Assembly: GCA_963751345.1 (NCBI GenBank)
Contig: CAVVUS010000011.1
Span: 288,001-352,000 of the forward strand
DNA length: 64,000 bases
DNA from: an uncultured Chloroflexia bacterium
Lineage (GTDB): Bacteria > Chloroflexota > Anaerolineae > B4-G1 > SLSP01
Direction of reading: 5' to 3'
In this document: in pieces, positions 40,809 through 51,150 of the stretch
How the letters are laid out: every line of letters starts with the position of its first letter
Numbering within the stretch: the stretch's first letter is position 1
Notes under the pieces: model-generated
Told to the model about the DNA's origin: nothing
Databases searched by the model: none
What the model saw: the letters and a program-made list of their open reading frames with translations, nothing else
Translations under genes and position numbers: made by a program

Positions 40809-42470
40809 TCAGATGGTCTCCTCCGTGCTGAAATAGCCTGTTGCACCGTCCGGCAGCGTGCCCCTCTTCTGCGAGGTCTGCAACTGCCCGTTGCCATCGG
40901 TCGCGCGGACCGTGAACGTGTGCTTTCCGGGTGTGGAAGGCCACTCGTAGCGCCACTGGACCCACGTGAGCGGGCCGAGCGGCGGGGTCCGCAGGGCAAC
41001 CTCTGTCCACGCGCCGCCATCTACCTGTACCTCAACACTCTGGATTCCACGTCCCCCGGCCCAGGCGATGCCGCCGATCGGCACGAAGCCGTCGTGCGCC
41101 AAGTCCTTAGCCACCACGTCGATCACCGACGTCGTGTTCGGAATGGCTTTCTTGCTCCAGCCCCGGTCCGTCCAATAGCCGCCCTTGTCGTCGGCGGTGG
41201 CCTCGATGCGCTCGATCCACTTCGGCTGCTTCATGCCGAACCGATCCGGGATGTAGATACGCAGCGGGTAGCCGTGTTTTCTCGGCAGGCTCATACCGTC
41301 CATCCCGTAGACGAGGAGCGTCTCAGGGTTCATCATGTCGGCCATCGGGACGGTCTCGTAGAAGCCATCCGCCGACTGGATATAGAGGTAGTTAGCCCCG
41401 GATTTTAGCCCCAGGTCGTTGAGCAGGTCACTCAGTCTGAGCCCGCTCCAGTAGGCCGTGCTGATCGCGCTCCCTCCCAGGGGATTCGAGATGCAGGCCA
41501 GGGTGATGGGCTGCGTGTAGACCGGGTACTTGCGGAGATCGGTCAGTGTGAGCCGGGGCGTGTTGTCAAACATCCCCGCCATCACCAGTTCCCACGCGTT
41601 GCCATCGATGTTCGGCGGCACAGCCGCGATATCCACGTTGTAGAATTGACCCTCGGGCGTCTCCTCAGGGCGTGTGCCCGGCACGGGCACGATGCGCCCG
41701 TCGTCGCCGATGGGCAAGGCCGCCACCCCTGCCGGAGGAGGGGTGGGTGTGGTGCCCGCGGTAACGGGCAGCGTCGGCGTGGGCTCAAGCCCCGCCAGCG
41801 GCTGGTCCGGCCCCGGAGCGCCCGAGCCGGCTGCGACCGGCTGGGAGGGGGCGGCTGGCTTCTGGGTACTGATGAGCCTCTCGATACCCAACGCCACGAT
41901 CGCGGCGGCAATGCTGCCTGCTGCGAGCTGGATCAAGCCCTTGCGACGCTGGGAATCAGTCTCCGCGGCCAGCGACGTGAAGACGTTACCGTCAACCAGG
42001 GCGCCGACGCTAATCCCCCAGACGACAAAGAGCACAGCCAGCGACAGAAGCGAAATCGCTGTGTTGTCGAGGCCGACCGTGAGTTCCATCGCTGCGACTA
42101 GGATGAACAGCACAGCCCCCGCCATAGCACCCAACAGCCAACCCCTGCGGCTGCTGCGCCGCTTGATCCACGCGACGCCCAGACCCCAGAGCGCAAGGAT
42201 GCCAATGCTGATCACAACGGCACCGACCTGCGATGCGTTCTTGCCCCAGATCGATTCCGGGGCCCCGAAGATCCTGGCCAGCGTCCCGCCGATACCGGCC
42301 ACCGCGAGGGAGAGCAGGTTCCTCGGAACCACGAGTGCCTGCCACGTCCAGAAATCAAAGGGCACAAATGGCAACTGATACAGCGTGTTCCCCAGGTAGA
42401 GCAGTGCCAACAACAGAATGCCTGTCAGGCCGCCCACCCATGCCCCAACCGAAAGCCTCAGCTTGTTCAT
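40809..42470 (-). CDS. Membrane-anchored sulfite-oxidase-family molybdoenzyme
   Basis: N-terminal TM helices; TLACISN, WSG, HGYPLR..G.KQPKW, GYWTDRGW, WVQW, VRATDG. Confidence 0.88.
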   Translation of the reverse strand: MNKLRLSVGAWVGGLTGILLLALLYLGNTLYQLPFVPFDFWTWQALVVPRNLLSLAVAGIGGTLARIFGAPESIWGKNASQVGAVVISIGILALWGLGVAWIKRRSSRRGWLLGAMAGAVLFILVAAMELTVGLDNTAISLLSLAVLFVVWGISVGALVDGNVFTSLAAETDSQRRKGLIQLAAGSIAAAIVALGIERLISTQKPAAPSQPVAAGSGAPGPDQPLAGLEPTPTLPVTAGTTPTPPPAGVAALPIGDDGRIVPVPGTRPEETPEGQFYNVDIAAVPPNIDGNAWELVMAGMFDNTPRLTLTDLRKYPVYTQPITLACISNPLGGSAISTAYWSGLRLSDLLNDLGLKSGANYLYIQSADGFYETVPMADMMNPETLLVYGMDGMSLPRKHGYPLRIYIPDRFGMKQPKWIERIEATADDKGGYWTDRGWSKKAIPNTTSVIDVVAKDLAHDGFVPIGGIAWAGGRGIQSVEVQVDGGAWTEVALRTPPLGPLTWVQWRYEWPSTPGKHTFTVRATDGNGQLQTSQKRGTLPDGATGYFSTEETI

Positions 42471-42758
42471 AGCTCCCCTCCATTCGTACGATACAACCTA
42501 TGGCATACGCTGCACCTCTGCACTCGCTTCCCAGGCTCCCCCCCGGGCGAGGATACCTAATAACCTAGATACTAGTTTACAATACTCCTGCCAATTGGCA
42601 ATACGATACTTGTTGCTGAGTTCCAGCGCAGTGCACATACGGTTTGAGTTCTGCGGGTCCCGTGCTAAGATGGTGCCTGCCGTCCGTTTCCTCACCGCCC
42701 CGCGTGGCATACCATCACGCCCCGGGGTTCATCCATCAATCCAGTAGGAGGTATGCAT

Positions 42759-43290
42759 ATGAACGAGACACTTCAGACGATGTGGAAGCGCAGGAGCATC
42801 CGCAAATATCAGGAGATCGACATCGCGGAGGAGGACCTGACACTTGATCCTGGAGGCCGCGCGACGGGCACCCACCGGTGCGAACCGCCAGAACTGGCGG
42901 ATGGTCGTCGTTCGGGACCCCGAGCTCCGCCGGCGCACCGCCGAAGCGTGCAATGGCCAGATGTGGATGGCGCAGGCGCCCGTTATCCTCTGCCTTGCCG
43001 TGCTGCCCGGCGAAGGCAAGGTCAACGGTGGCATTGTGCTGGATCACGCGGTCCTGGCAGCGACCAGCCTCGGCTACGGCACGTGCTGGATTGGTGCCTA
43101 CAGCGCCTCGAAGGTGAAAGCGGTGCTGGGCATCCCGGAAGATCACGACATTGTCAATCTGGTGCCCGTCGGCGTCCCCGCAGACGATCCCAAGCCACGT
43201 GGGCGCAAGCCTGCCGTAGAGCTGTTCTTCGAAGATCAGTTCGGCGAGGGCCTCGATTTCGATCCGGTAGAGCTGTCCCCGGGGTCGTAG
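42759..43290 (+). CDS. Nitroreductase family protein; frameshift near 42843
   Basis: RRSIRKY / ILEAARRAPTGANRQNW, SLGYGTCWIGA. Confidence 0.88.
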
Positions 43291-43298
43291 GCCGCCTG

Positions 43299-44555
43299 GT
43301 GGATACGTCGCATCCGGACGCAGGGCCATCAGCCGCCGCAATGCCCCGCCTTCTGGCGCAGTTGCGTGACATCCTCGTCGTCCTCAACTCGGATCGCACG
43401 CTCCAGAGCATTCTGGACTATCTGGTTGCGGAGGCCCGTGAGCTTCTCGATGCCCAGGCGTGCGTGCTCTATAGGTGCGACAAGGAAACCGAAAATCTGA
43501 TGGTCGAGGCCCGCGCCGGGCTGCCGGCGGACTTCCCCTCGATCGGAGAGCTTCCGCTGGAACCGGGCGGTGGCCTGGGCAATGCGCTTCTGAACGGACT
43601 GGTCCTCAACGCAACGCCGGTCGGCCATCCCGACCTGGACACGCCGGAGTTGGCGAGCGCGCTTGCGGACGTTAGCGTCAGCTCGGTCGTGCACACGTGG
43701 TTCGCCGCCCTGTTGAGGTCGTACCAAGCCTCGCTCAGTGTCCCGCTCATCATAAAAGAGAGCTTCTACGGAAGCCTGGGTTTCTACTACGCGGAGCCTC
43801 GGGTGTTGTCACCGCACGACATGTCGCTGGCGGTTACCTTCGGATCGCAGGCGGCCCTTGCGATCGAGAACGCACGCCTGCGTCTGCAGGCCGAGCAAGC
43901 GGCTATCCTCCAGGAGCGCAGCCGGCTGGCGCGCGACTTGCACGATTCCGTGACCCAGTCGCTCTATAGCCTGACGTTGCTCGCCGAGGCCGCCCGGCGG
44001 CTGGCCGGGGCGGGAGACCTTCCCCAGGTGGAGCAAGCGATCACGCGCCTCGGCGAGATCGGCCAGCAGGCGCTCAAGGAGATGCGCCTCCTGGTCTATG
44101 AGCTGAGACCCTCGGTTCTGCGGCGCGAGGGATTGGTCCGGGCGCTGGGGCATCGTCTCGAGACCGTCGAGCGGCGGGCCGGTATCGAGGCACTCCTGGT
44201 CGTCGAGGGCCGGCCTGCGCTCTCGCCTGGCCTGGAGGAGCAGCTCTATCACCTGATTCAGGAAGCGCTGAACAACGCGCTCAAGCACGCCGCTGCAACC
44301 ACCGTCACGGTGCGCATTGAGGAACGGGGTGGGGAGCTTCAGGTCTCCGTGAGCGACAACGGGCGCGGTTTCGATCCCGATCGATCTGAGGAGGGCGGCA
44401 TTGGGCTGGTGAGCATGCGGGAACGGGTGGACAAACTCGGTGGTTATCTGACGATCAACACGGGCGTCGGCCAGGGAACCACCGTTGCGGTGACGTTGGC
44501 TCCGACCCTCTCACCTCTCCGGGGGGAGACCGAGAAGGTGAACTCCGGTGAGTGA
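43299..44555 (+). CDS. GAF-domain sensor histidine kinase (HisKA_3); start uncertain
   Basis: QAALAIENARL, ERSRLARDLHDSVTQ, QEALNNALKHA, DNGRGF, GIGLVSMRER. Confidence 0.9.
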   Translation: MDTSHPDAGPSAAAMPRLLAQLRDILVVLNSDRTLQSILDYLVAEARELLDAQACVLYRCDKETENLMVEARAGLPADFPSIGELPLEPGGGLGNALLNGLVLNATPVGHPDLDTPELASALADVSVSSVVHTWFAALLRSYQASLSVPLIIKESFYGSLGFYYAEPRVLSPHDMSLAVTFGSQAALAIENARLRLQAEQAAILQERSRLARDLHDSVTQSLYSLTLLAEAARRLAGAGDLPQVEQAITRLGEIGQQALKEMRLLVYELRPSVLRREGLVRALGHRLETVERRAGIEALLVVEGRPALSPGLEEQLYHLIQEALNNALKHAAATTVTVRIEERGGELQVSVSDNGRGFDPDRSEEGGIGLVSMRERVDKLGGYLTINTGVGQGTTVAVTLAPTLSPLRGETEKVNSGE

Positions 44556-45213
44556 GACGATCCGGGTCTTGGTGGTCGACGACCACGCCATCGTCCGTGA
44601 GGGGTTGCGGTGGCTGATGACGACCGAGCCGGGGATCGAGCTCGCCGGGGAGGCGGCCAACGGCGTAGAGGCGATTGCCAAAGCGCGGGACCTCCATCCG
44701 GACGTGATCCTCATGGATCTTGTCATGCCGCGCATGGACGGTATCACCGCAATTGCGGAGATCAAGGCCCTAATGCCCGACGTCCGCATTCTGGTGCTGA
44801 CGAGCTTTTCGGAGGACGAGCAGGTATTCCCCGCGATCAAGGCCGGTGCCTTGGGCTATCTTCTGAAGGACACCTCTCCTCAGACGCTGCTCAGGGCCAT
44901 CCGCGACATATACGCGGGGGTACCGTCGATGCACCCCTTCATCGCTCGGAAACTCATCCAGGAGTTGCAGCGTCCTTCCGATCTCCCGCCAACCCGGGAG
45001 CCCCTCAGCCAGCGGGAGATGGAGGTGCTGCGCCTGGTGGCGCAGGGCCTCAGCAATGAGGAAATCGCGGCACAGCTCTTCATCGGCGAGAGGACCGCGC
45101 GAACTCACGTCAGCAACATCCTCCGCAAGCTGCATCTCGCGAATCGAACTCAGGCAGCCCTCTATGCACTGCGCGAAGGGCTAGCTCGTCTCGACGATCC
45201 GGATCACCCCTGA
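44548..45213 (+). CDS. NarL/LuxR family response regulator, cognate of the upstream kinase
   Basis: VVDDH, ILMDLVMP, GYLLK, LSQREMEVL HTH; overlaps the kinase stop. Confidence 0.95.
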   Translation: MSETIRVLVVDDHAIVREGLRWLMTTEPGIELAGEAANGVEAIAKARDLHPDVILMDLVMPRMDGITAIAEIKALMPDVRILVLTSFSEDEQVFPAIKAGALGYLLKDTSPQTLLRAIRDIYAGVPSMHPFIARKLIQELQRPSDLPPTREPLSQREMEVLRLVAQGLSNEEIAAQLFIGERTARTHVSNILRKLHLANRTQAALYALREGLARLDDPDHP

Positions 45214-45223
45214 AGCTAGACGA

Positions 45224-45255
45224 GCGGCCGGCCTGCTATCCAGCAGGCCGGCCGC
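45224..45255. terminator. Hairpin between convergent genes
   Basis: GCGGCCGGCCTGCT-ATCC-AGCAGGCCGGCCGC, perfect 14-bp stem. Confidence 0.7.
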
Positions 45256-45279
45256 CCAAAGATTCAGCCGGGATTGGGT

Positions 45280-45507
45280 CTACCAGGCTCCGTCGTCGTC
45301 CTCATCCTCCTCGTCGTCCTCGTCGTCCCAGTCCTCATCATCATCCCAGTCATCCTCGAAGTCGTCCCAGTCCAACTCAACCGGTTCGACTTCCACGACA
45401 ATCAGGTCGGTGCGGCAGTGAGGGCAGCGAACCTTCTGATCTAGTTTGGGCGGCGCGTTCAGGATGATCGTCTCATCGCAAGCCGGGCAGATCGCGGTGA
45501 TTGCCAT
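45280..45507 (-). CDS. LysW-like zinc-ribbon protein with long acidic tail, lacking terminal EDWGE
   Basis: CPAC..CPHC..L.VVEVEPVEL then D/E/W tail ending DGAW; GAGGAGG RBS. Confidence 0.8.
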   Translation of the reverse strand: MAITAICPACDETIILNAPPKLDQKVRCPHCRTDLIVVEVEPVELDWDDFEDDWDDDEDWDDEDDEEDEDDDGAW

Positions 45508-45928
45508 TTGGAACTACCTCCTCGACTCTTTCCACAAGACTAGGTTGGCTCCGAAGTCCACGATACACATCCGTGTCGTCCGGACGGCACCCATGATAGA
45601 CATCAAGCGTGCAAAACCGGTGATAGCCTGATGCAAAGCCGATGGTAGTCCAGGGCGCTGCGTGTCAAAACTTCCACCATCGGATGGTACCGTGCCATCC
45701 GGAGCCGGCTTACCGCTCCGCTGAATCCTCAGGCTGCTACGTCATTTGACGCAGACTCGGCTTTTGCGAATCTCCAATCTGACATGGGTCGAATGCTACT
45801 TACATCCGATGCAGGCAACCGCCTGCCGCGGTACTATTCGACGGTCGTTGCTCGGAAGTAACCCGAGATGAACCTTGGAGACCGGCCGTTAACGTCAGAC
45901 GAGTATTATGCAAAGGGGACAGCCTGTG

Positions 45929-46303
45929 ATGGCAGAGCGGATATCCGTACTGGTTGTGATGAAGCCATGTCCGCTGCGCGACAGCCTGGCGGCTCTACTG
46001 AGGAGTATTTCCGGGATCACGGCTGTGCAGTATGCCACGGACCTCGCCTCCGGATTGCGCACCATCGAGACGTCTCGGCCTGCCCTGGTCGTGATGGATG
46101 CGAGTCTGCCCGGAGGCGAGGTGTGGATGATGCTCCGTCAGGTGAAGGCTCGCTGGCCTGCTACGCCCAGTGTCGTTCTGACGGACACGCTACAGCTTCG
46201 CCGGCGCGCCGAAGCAGCCGGTGCAAGCCGCGCCCTGCTCAAGGGCTTCCCGGCGACCAAGTTGTCGGTGATGCTGGAGCAGCTTCTGCAACAAGTTGCT
46301 TAG
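45929..46303 (+). CDS. Single-domain receiver-like protein with degenerate acidic pocket
   Basis: PALVVMDASLPG, VVLT, AGA..LLK; the DD after beta1 is replaced by MK. Confidence 0.7.
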   Translation: MAERISVLVVMKPCPLRDSLAALLRSISGITAVQYATDLASGLRTIETSRPALVVMDASLPGGEVWMMLRQVKARWPATPSVVLTDTLQLRRRAEAAGASRALLKGFPATKLSVMLEQLLQQVA

Positions 46304-46393
46304 TTCCCTGCGCCGGGCGGTAGACCACGCGTCGTACCGGCGTTCGCGCGCGGGTGCCGCGGCCTTTGACTATATTGATGGAGGAAGATCAGG

Positions 46394-47765
46394 ATGACAC
46401 GAGATAGATTACCGGAGCGAAGAAGCGAAGAGCCTCCTGGGGCAGGCGTCCGACCGCCTTTCCCGTGGGAGGAAATCCCTATGGAGCAGTGGACCGACTG
46501 GCGATGGCAGATGACGCACCGCCTGCGCTCGGTCGATGATTTCGCCCGTTTCCTGGCGCTGACGCCTGAGGAAATCGACGGTCTTTCGGCGCCCGACCGT
46601 TTCCGGGTCGACGTGACCCCTTATTTCGCCAGTCTGATGGATCCGACCGATCCGAACTGTCCGATCCGGCGTCAGGTGATCCCCACGAGTGCCGAGCTCG
46701 TGCCATTTGATGCCGAGATGATTGATTCGTTGGGCGAGGATGCTCATTCGCCCGTGCCGGGCCTCGTCCACCGGTACCCCGACCGCGTGCTGATGCTGGT
46801 CACCACGCAGTGCGCCAGCTACTGCCGCTTCTGCACCCGCAGCCGCCTGGTCGGAGATGGAAAGGTCACGCTCAACTCTGCGGCCTTCGACCGGCAGATT
46901 GCCTATATCGCGGCGACGCCACAGATTCGCGACGTGCTGATCTCCGGGGGAGACCCCCTCACACTCCCGCAGCACGTTCTGGAGCGGCTGCTGCATGCGA
47001 CTGCGCGAGATCCCTCACGTGGAAGTCATCCGTATCGGCACGCGCGTCCCGGGGTTCCTGCCCCAGCGAATTACCGAAGACCTCGTCACGATGCTGTCGG
47101 CCTACCATCCGCTTTGGATGAATATCCACTTCAACCACCCGAAGGAAATCACGCCGGAGGTTGAGGAGGGCCTCGCACGCCTGGCCAATGCCGGCATTCC
47201 GCTTGGCAGCCAAACCGTGCTGATGGCAGGCATCAACGACTGCCCCAATGTCATCACCGCCTTGATGCACAAGCTCGTGCGGAACCGAGTGCGTCCGTAC
47301 TATCTCTATCAGTGCGATCTGGTTCACGGCGCCGGTCACTTCCGGACGCCGGTGTCCAAGGGGCTGGAGATCATGGAGTCCCTGCGAGGGCATACCTCGG
47401 GGTTCGCCATCCCGACCTTTGTGATCGATGCACCCGAAGGCGGTGGCAAGGTCCCGATTCTCCCGAACTACCTGCTCAGCATGTCGGATACAAAGGTCGT
47501 CGTGCGAAACTACGAAGGCTTCGTCACAGCGTATACGCAGCCTGCCCAGTACCGACCTCACGATCCGGCGACCTGCCCGTATTGCCAGTCTCGCCAGGCT
47601 GATCACGGTCAAGAGGGTATCGCAGGTCTGTTGGCAGGCGACCAGCACCGCATTGCACCGGAGGGATGGGACGCAGTGCACCATCGAGCCGAAGAGCAGC
47701 AGGAAGGTATCGCCACGCAGCCCGTTCAGCCCACGGAGGAGTTAGTGCATGTCTGGCAGCAGTAG
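46394..47765 (+). CDS. kamA: Lysine 2,3-aminomutase family radical SAM enzyme; frameshift near 46995
   Basis: [50 protein letters not shown]. Confidence 0.9.
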
Positions 47766-48826
47766 CGCTCGCCTGAGAGTGGCCGTTCTGGCCAACCGCA
47801 AACACAGCATCGCCGTCGACGCAGACGCCCCACCCGACGCGCTCGCGGAGTATGACGCCGAAGAGACGGTCGAGGGCATTATCGGGGCGCTGCGCTACGC
47901 CGGACACGACCCGTACTTTCTGGAGGCCGACGAGACGCTGTTGGATACCCTGCGCGACGACGCCCCCGGACTTCTGCTTCAACATCGCGGAAGGCCTGCG
48001 CGGGGACGCGCGCGAGTCACAGGTCCCGGCTCTGCTGGAGATGCTGGGCCTACCGTACACAGGCTCCAAGGTGCTGACGCACGCGATATCGTTGGACAAG
48101 GCGATGACGAAGCGCATCTGGCGCGATGCCGGCCTGCCCACGGCACCTTTCCAGGTCTTTGCCTCGGCGGATGTATCGCTCGACGGCGCCCTGAAGTTCC
48201 CGCTGTTCGTCAAGCCTGTTCGTGAGGGCTCCGGTATGGGGATCGACGGCAACTCCATCGTTCACAACGAAGGTGAGCTCCGCCGCCGGGTGGCGTGGGT
48301 GACTGCTACGTATCGCCAACCTGCGCTCGTCGAGGCGTTCCTGCCGGGCCGGGAGTTCACGGTAGGCCTGATCGGCAACCGGCAGCCGGGGAGCCAACCC
48401 TTCAGTGCTGCCTGTGCGGAAGACTTCTATGGCGTCCCCGGCTATCACGTCTTCCCGGTGCTTGAGATTGACACGACCCGCGGCAAGGTGAGAGGGATCT
48501 ACAATGCTCAGGCGAAGTCATACGCGATTGAGTCGGAGAGCGCCCCGGGCTACCTCTGCCCGGCCGACATCCCTCCTGCCCTGGAGACCTGTCTGTCCGA
48601 GCTCGCCATCGCGGCGTTCGAGGCGATAGACGGACTTGACGTCGCGCGCGTGGACTTCCGGATGGGCGACGATGAGCAGGCCTACCTGGTAGAGATCAAC
48701 ACGCTGCCGGGCATGAATCCGCTGGTCAGTGACCTCGTCATCGTCTCTCGCGCCGGTGGCGTGGCTTACGAAACCTTGATCGGCGAGATCCTCGCTCTGG
48801 CGATGGCGCGGTACGGTATGGCTTAG
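47749..48826 (+). CDS. ATP-grasp ligase, Ddl-like but not canonical D-Ala-D-Ala ligase; frameshift near 47965
   Basis: [48 protein letters not shown]; N-terminal AEYD.EET in place of GGxSxE. Confidence 0.85.
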
Positions 48827-48840
48827 GGGCCGGTCGCATG

Positions 48841-48907
48841 ATCTTCCGGGTTGCTCGTGTGCCGGCACCCGCAAATGCGGGTGCCCGCACGGAGCAACCC
48901 GGAAGAT
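48841..48907. repeat. Long nested intergenic hairpin (REP-like or RNA stability element)
   Basis: ATCTTCCGGGTTGCTC..GAGCAACCCGGAAGAT outer stem; GGCACCCGCA-AA-TGCGGGTGCC inner stem. Confidence 0.75.
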
Positions 48908-48921
48908 ATCCCTGAAGAGCG

Positions 48922-49974
48922 ATGTACACCGTGTATTCACCCCACCATCGCCTGCACGCCACGGGCGACATCTGGCTGGATGGTGAGCGCATCGCCACCA
49001 AGGAAGTGCCCGAGCGGGCCGACGTGATCCTGTCCGCGGTCGCCGCTGCCGGATTGGGATCCATCGTGCCCCCTACCGATTTCGGGCTCGAGCCCATCCT
49101 GGCAGTCCACGATGCAGGCTACGTGGCCTATCTAAAGACGGCGTACGAGCGGAACAACGCTGCGACTATGGGCTCTCAGCGTCCGGTGATGGCGCACCGC
49201 TCGGCGGTGGACCCTCGTCGGGCGGGTTTGCCACCGTTGGATTTCGCAGGGCTGGTGGATTACTACACCTACGACTTTGAGGACCCGATTCTGGCGGGCA
49301 CCTGGGTCGCGGCATATTGGAGCGTGCAGGTTGCGTTGACCGCGGCCGATCTGGTTCGCCGCGGTGAACGTTCGGCCTACGCGCTCTGCCGTCCCCCGGG
49401 CCATCACGCCACGCGGGACCAGTATGGCGGCTTCTGCTATCTGAACAACGCCGCCGCAGCCGCACGCTATCTCTCGCGCGAGGGTGCAGTCGCCGTCCTG
49501 GATCTCGACTACCACCATGGCAACGGGACGCAGGCCATCTTCTACGACGATCCCTCGGTCTTCTACGTGTCGCTCCACGCCGATCCTGCGTTGGATTACC
49601 CCTTCTACTGGGGCTATGCCTCTGAGCATGGTACAGGAGCCGGCACGGGCACCAACCTGAACCTGCCCCTGCCCTTACACTGCGATGATGCGCGGTATCT
49701 GCTTGCCCTCGACCGGGCTGTGGACGCGATCGGCGACTTTGGGCCGCTGTATCTCGTCCTCTCTCTCGGTCTGGACGCCGTGGGAGGCGATACCATCGGC
49801 AAGTTCGATCTCACCCAGGCCGGGTGGGCCGAGGTTGCACGCCGCACCGCCGCCTTGGGACTGCCCACCGTGCTTGTCCAGGAGGGCGGATATCGCCTTG
49901 ACATACTGGGATCGTCCGCCCGGACCTTCCTCTCGTCCTTTGCGCTGAGCCACGACCTGCACTATCATCGGTGA
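48922..49974 (+). CDS. Histone-deacetylase-family amidohydrolase (acetylpolyamine amidohydrolase-like)
   Basis: RPPGHHA, GGFCYLNNAA, LDLDYHHGNGTQ, SLHADP, QEGGY. Confidence 0.92.
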   Translation: MYTVYSPHHRLHATGDIWLDGERIATKEVPERADVILSAVAAAGLGSIVPPTDFGLEPILAVHDAGYVAYLKTAYERNNAATMGSQRPVMAHRSAVDPRRAGLPPLDFAGLVDYYTYDFEDPILAGTWVAAYWSVQVALTAADLVRRGERSAYALCRPPGHHATRDQYGGFCYLNNAAAAARYLSREGAVAVLDLDYHHGNGTQAIFYDDPSVFYVSLHADPALDYPFYWGYASEHGTGAGTGTNLNLPLPLHCDDARYLLALDRAVDAIGDFGPLYLVLSLGLDAVGGDTIGKFDLTQAGWAEVARRTAALGLPTVLVQEGGYRLDILGSSARTFLSSFALSHDLHYHR

Positions 49975-50054
49975 GAGTTCGTCGAAGGTTGGAACTTTCG
50001 GTACCTGCAGCACGTCTGTACTTGGACAATCACAAGACCTGAAGGAGGTCAGTT

Positions 50055-51020
50055 ATGTTCGGTAGTGCAACACGTCTGTCTGGGTTTGCGGTGGCAGTGC
50101 TGGCGCTCGCGTTGACGCTGGCAGGCTGCGCCCTGGTATCGCAGGGAGAGACACCTCTAGCCACATCTGTCTCACCGGTCGTCGAGCCAACCACTCCCGT
50201 TCCGGTCGCAACGCAGACGCCGGTAGCGCCGACACCCACGGTTGAGGCAACCCCCGAGCCCAGTGCCACCGTGCCTGTGAGCGAGTCGGTCACCTATGCT
50301 CCTGTCGAGATCCCTGACGCAGGCCTGGCACTTGAGGTGCCGGAGGGTTGGGCGCGGCTTGAGCCGGCCTGGACCTGGGCGCAGGTTGTGGGTTCGGAGC
50401 TTCAGGTTGGCGTGAGTTGGACCGTCCTGGTCCCGCCGCAGGAGCCGGAGGCCGTGATGCTGCCCTCCCCATCCGAGGTCGTATCGTCTGACCCCGTGGA
50501 ACTCGCTTTTGGCAGCGGGCGGAAGGTCGTTCTGAACGTCTTTGGCGCGTCCGAGGGCGGCGAGGACACCGCGGCGCCGGTCGTCGCCGTACAGGCCCAC
50601 GTGCTGGTTATACGTGATGAGGGAGGGTCGCGAGTGGCGTACGACTTCTTCGCGTCCGCTCCTACCCAGGAGGGCCTGGCCACACTTGATGCGGTGCTTC
50701 AGCATATGACACAGACAGCCGTGCTGCAACCTGCCGGCGGCGCAGACAACGCAGGAGGAACCGGGGCCGCTCCGATGCCTGAGGCAGTGTCGAGGGCGAA
50801 GGCTATCCTCGCGATGCACCTCGGCGTGTCGGAGGATTCGATTCAGGTAGGCAGCTACGAACACGTCGACTGGCCTGATGCCTGTCTCGGTGTCCACAAC
50901 CCGGGACAGATCTGCGCTTCTGTGATCACACCGGGGTATCGTGTGGTTCTGTCGGTCGACGGGCAGTCCTACGAGCTTCATACCAATGAGAGCGGGTCCG
51001 CGGTAGGCATCGCGCCGTGA
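50055..51020 (+). CDS. Lipoprotein of unknown function
   Basis: Lipobox LAGC, Pro/Thr linker, C-terminal WPDACLG..CASVITPGY..YELHT domain. Confidence 0.8.
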   Translation: MFGSATRLSGFAVAVLALALTLAGCALVSQGETPLATSVSPVVEPTTPVPVATQTPVAPTPTVEATPEPSATVPVSESVTYAPVEIPDAGLALEVPEGWARLEPAWTWAQVVGSELQVGVSWTVLVPPQEPEAVMLPSPSEVVSSDPVELAFGSGRKVVLNVFGASEGGEDTAAPVVAVQAHVLVIRDEGGSRVAYDFFASAPTQEGLATLDAVLQHMTQTAVLQPAGGADNAGGTGAAPMPEAVSRAKAILAMHLGVSEDSIQVGSYEHVDWPDACLGVHNPGQICASVITPGYRVVLSVDGQSYELHTNESGSAVGIAP

Positions 51021-51071
51021 CCTCTCGCTAGTGCAGCGTCGCAAAGGCCACGACCGAGCGAAGACTGGTCT

Positions 51072-51150
51072 TCACGTCCGAGCGTACTCGGATCACGTCC
51101 GAGCGTACTCGGATCACGTCCGAGCGTACTCGGATAACGTCCGAGCGCTC
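51072..51150. repeat. Tandem 21-bp repeat with internal palindrome (3 exact copies plus a degenerate one)
   Basis: TCACGTCCGAGCGTACTCGGA at 51072, 51093 and 51114; partial copy at 51135. Confidence 0.92.

Noticed and set aside
42753-44555. Nitroreductase-histidine kinase fusion (600-aa ORF)
   Set aside because: A frameshift near 42843 links the nitroreductase start to the kinase frame; the nitroreductase has its own stop at 43290 and the joining sequence is off-frame
45280-45507. Functional lysW of lysine/arginine biosynthesis
   Set aside because: No C-terminal EDWGE and no lysX/Z/Y/J/K neighbours; kept only as LysW-like
47749-48826. Housekeeping ddl
   Set aside because: Lacks the N-terminal GGxSxE motif and is coupled to kamA rather than mur genes
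51072-51150. CRISPR array
   Set aside because: Repeats are contiguous with no spacers, and there are no cas genes in the window
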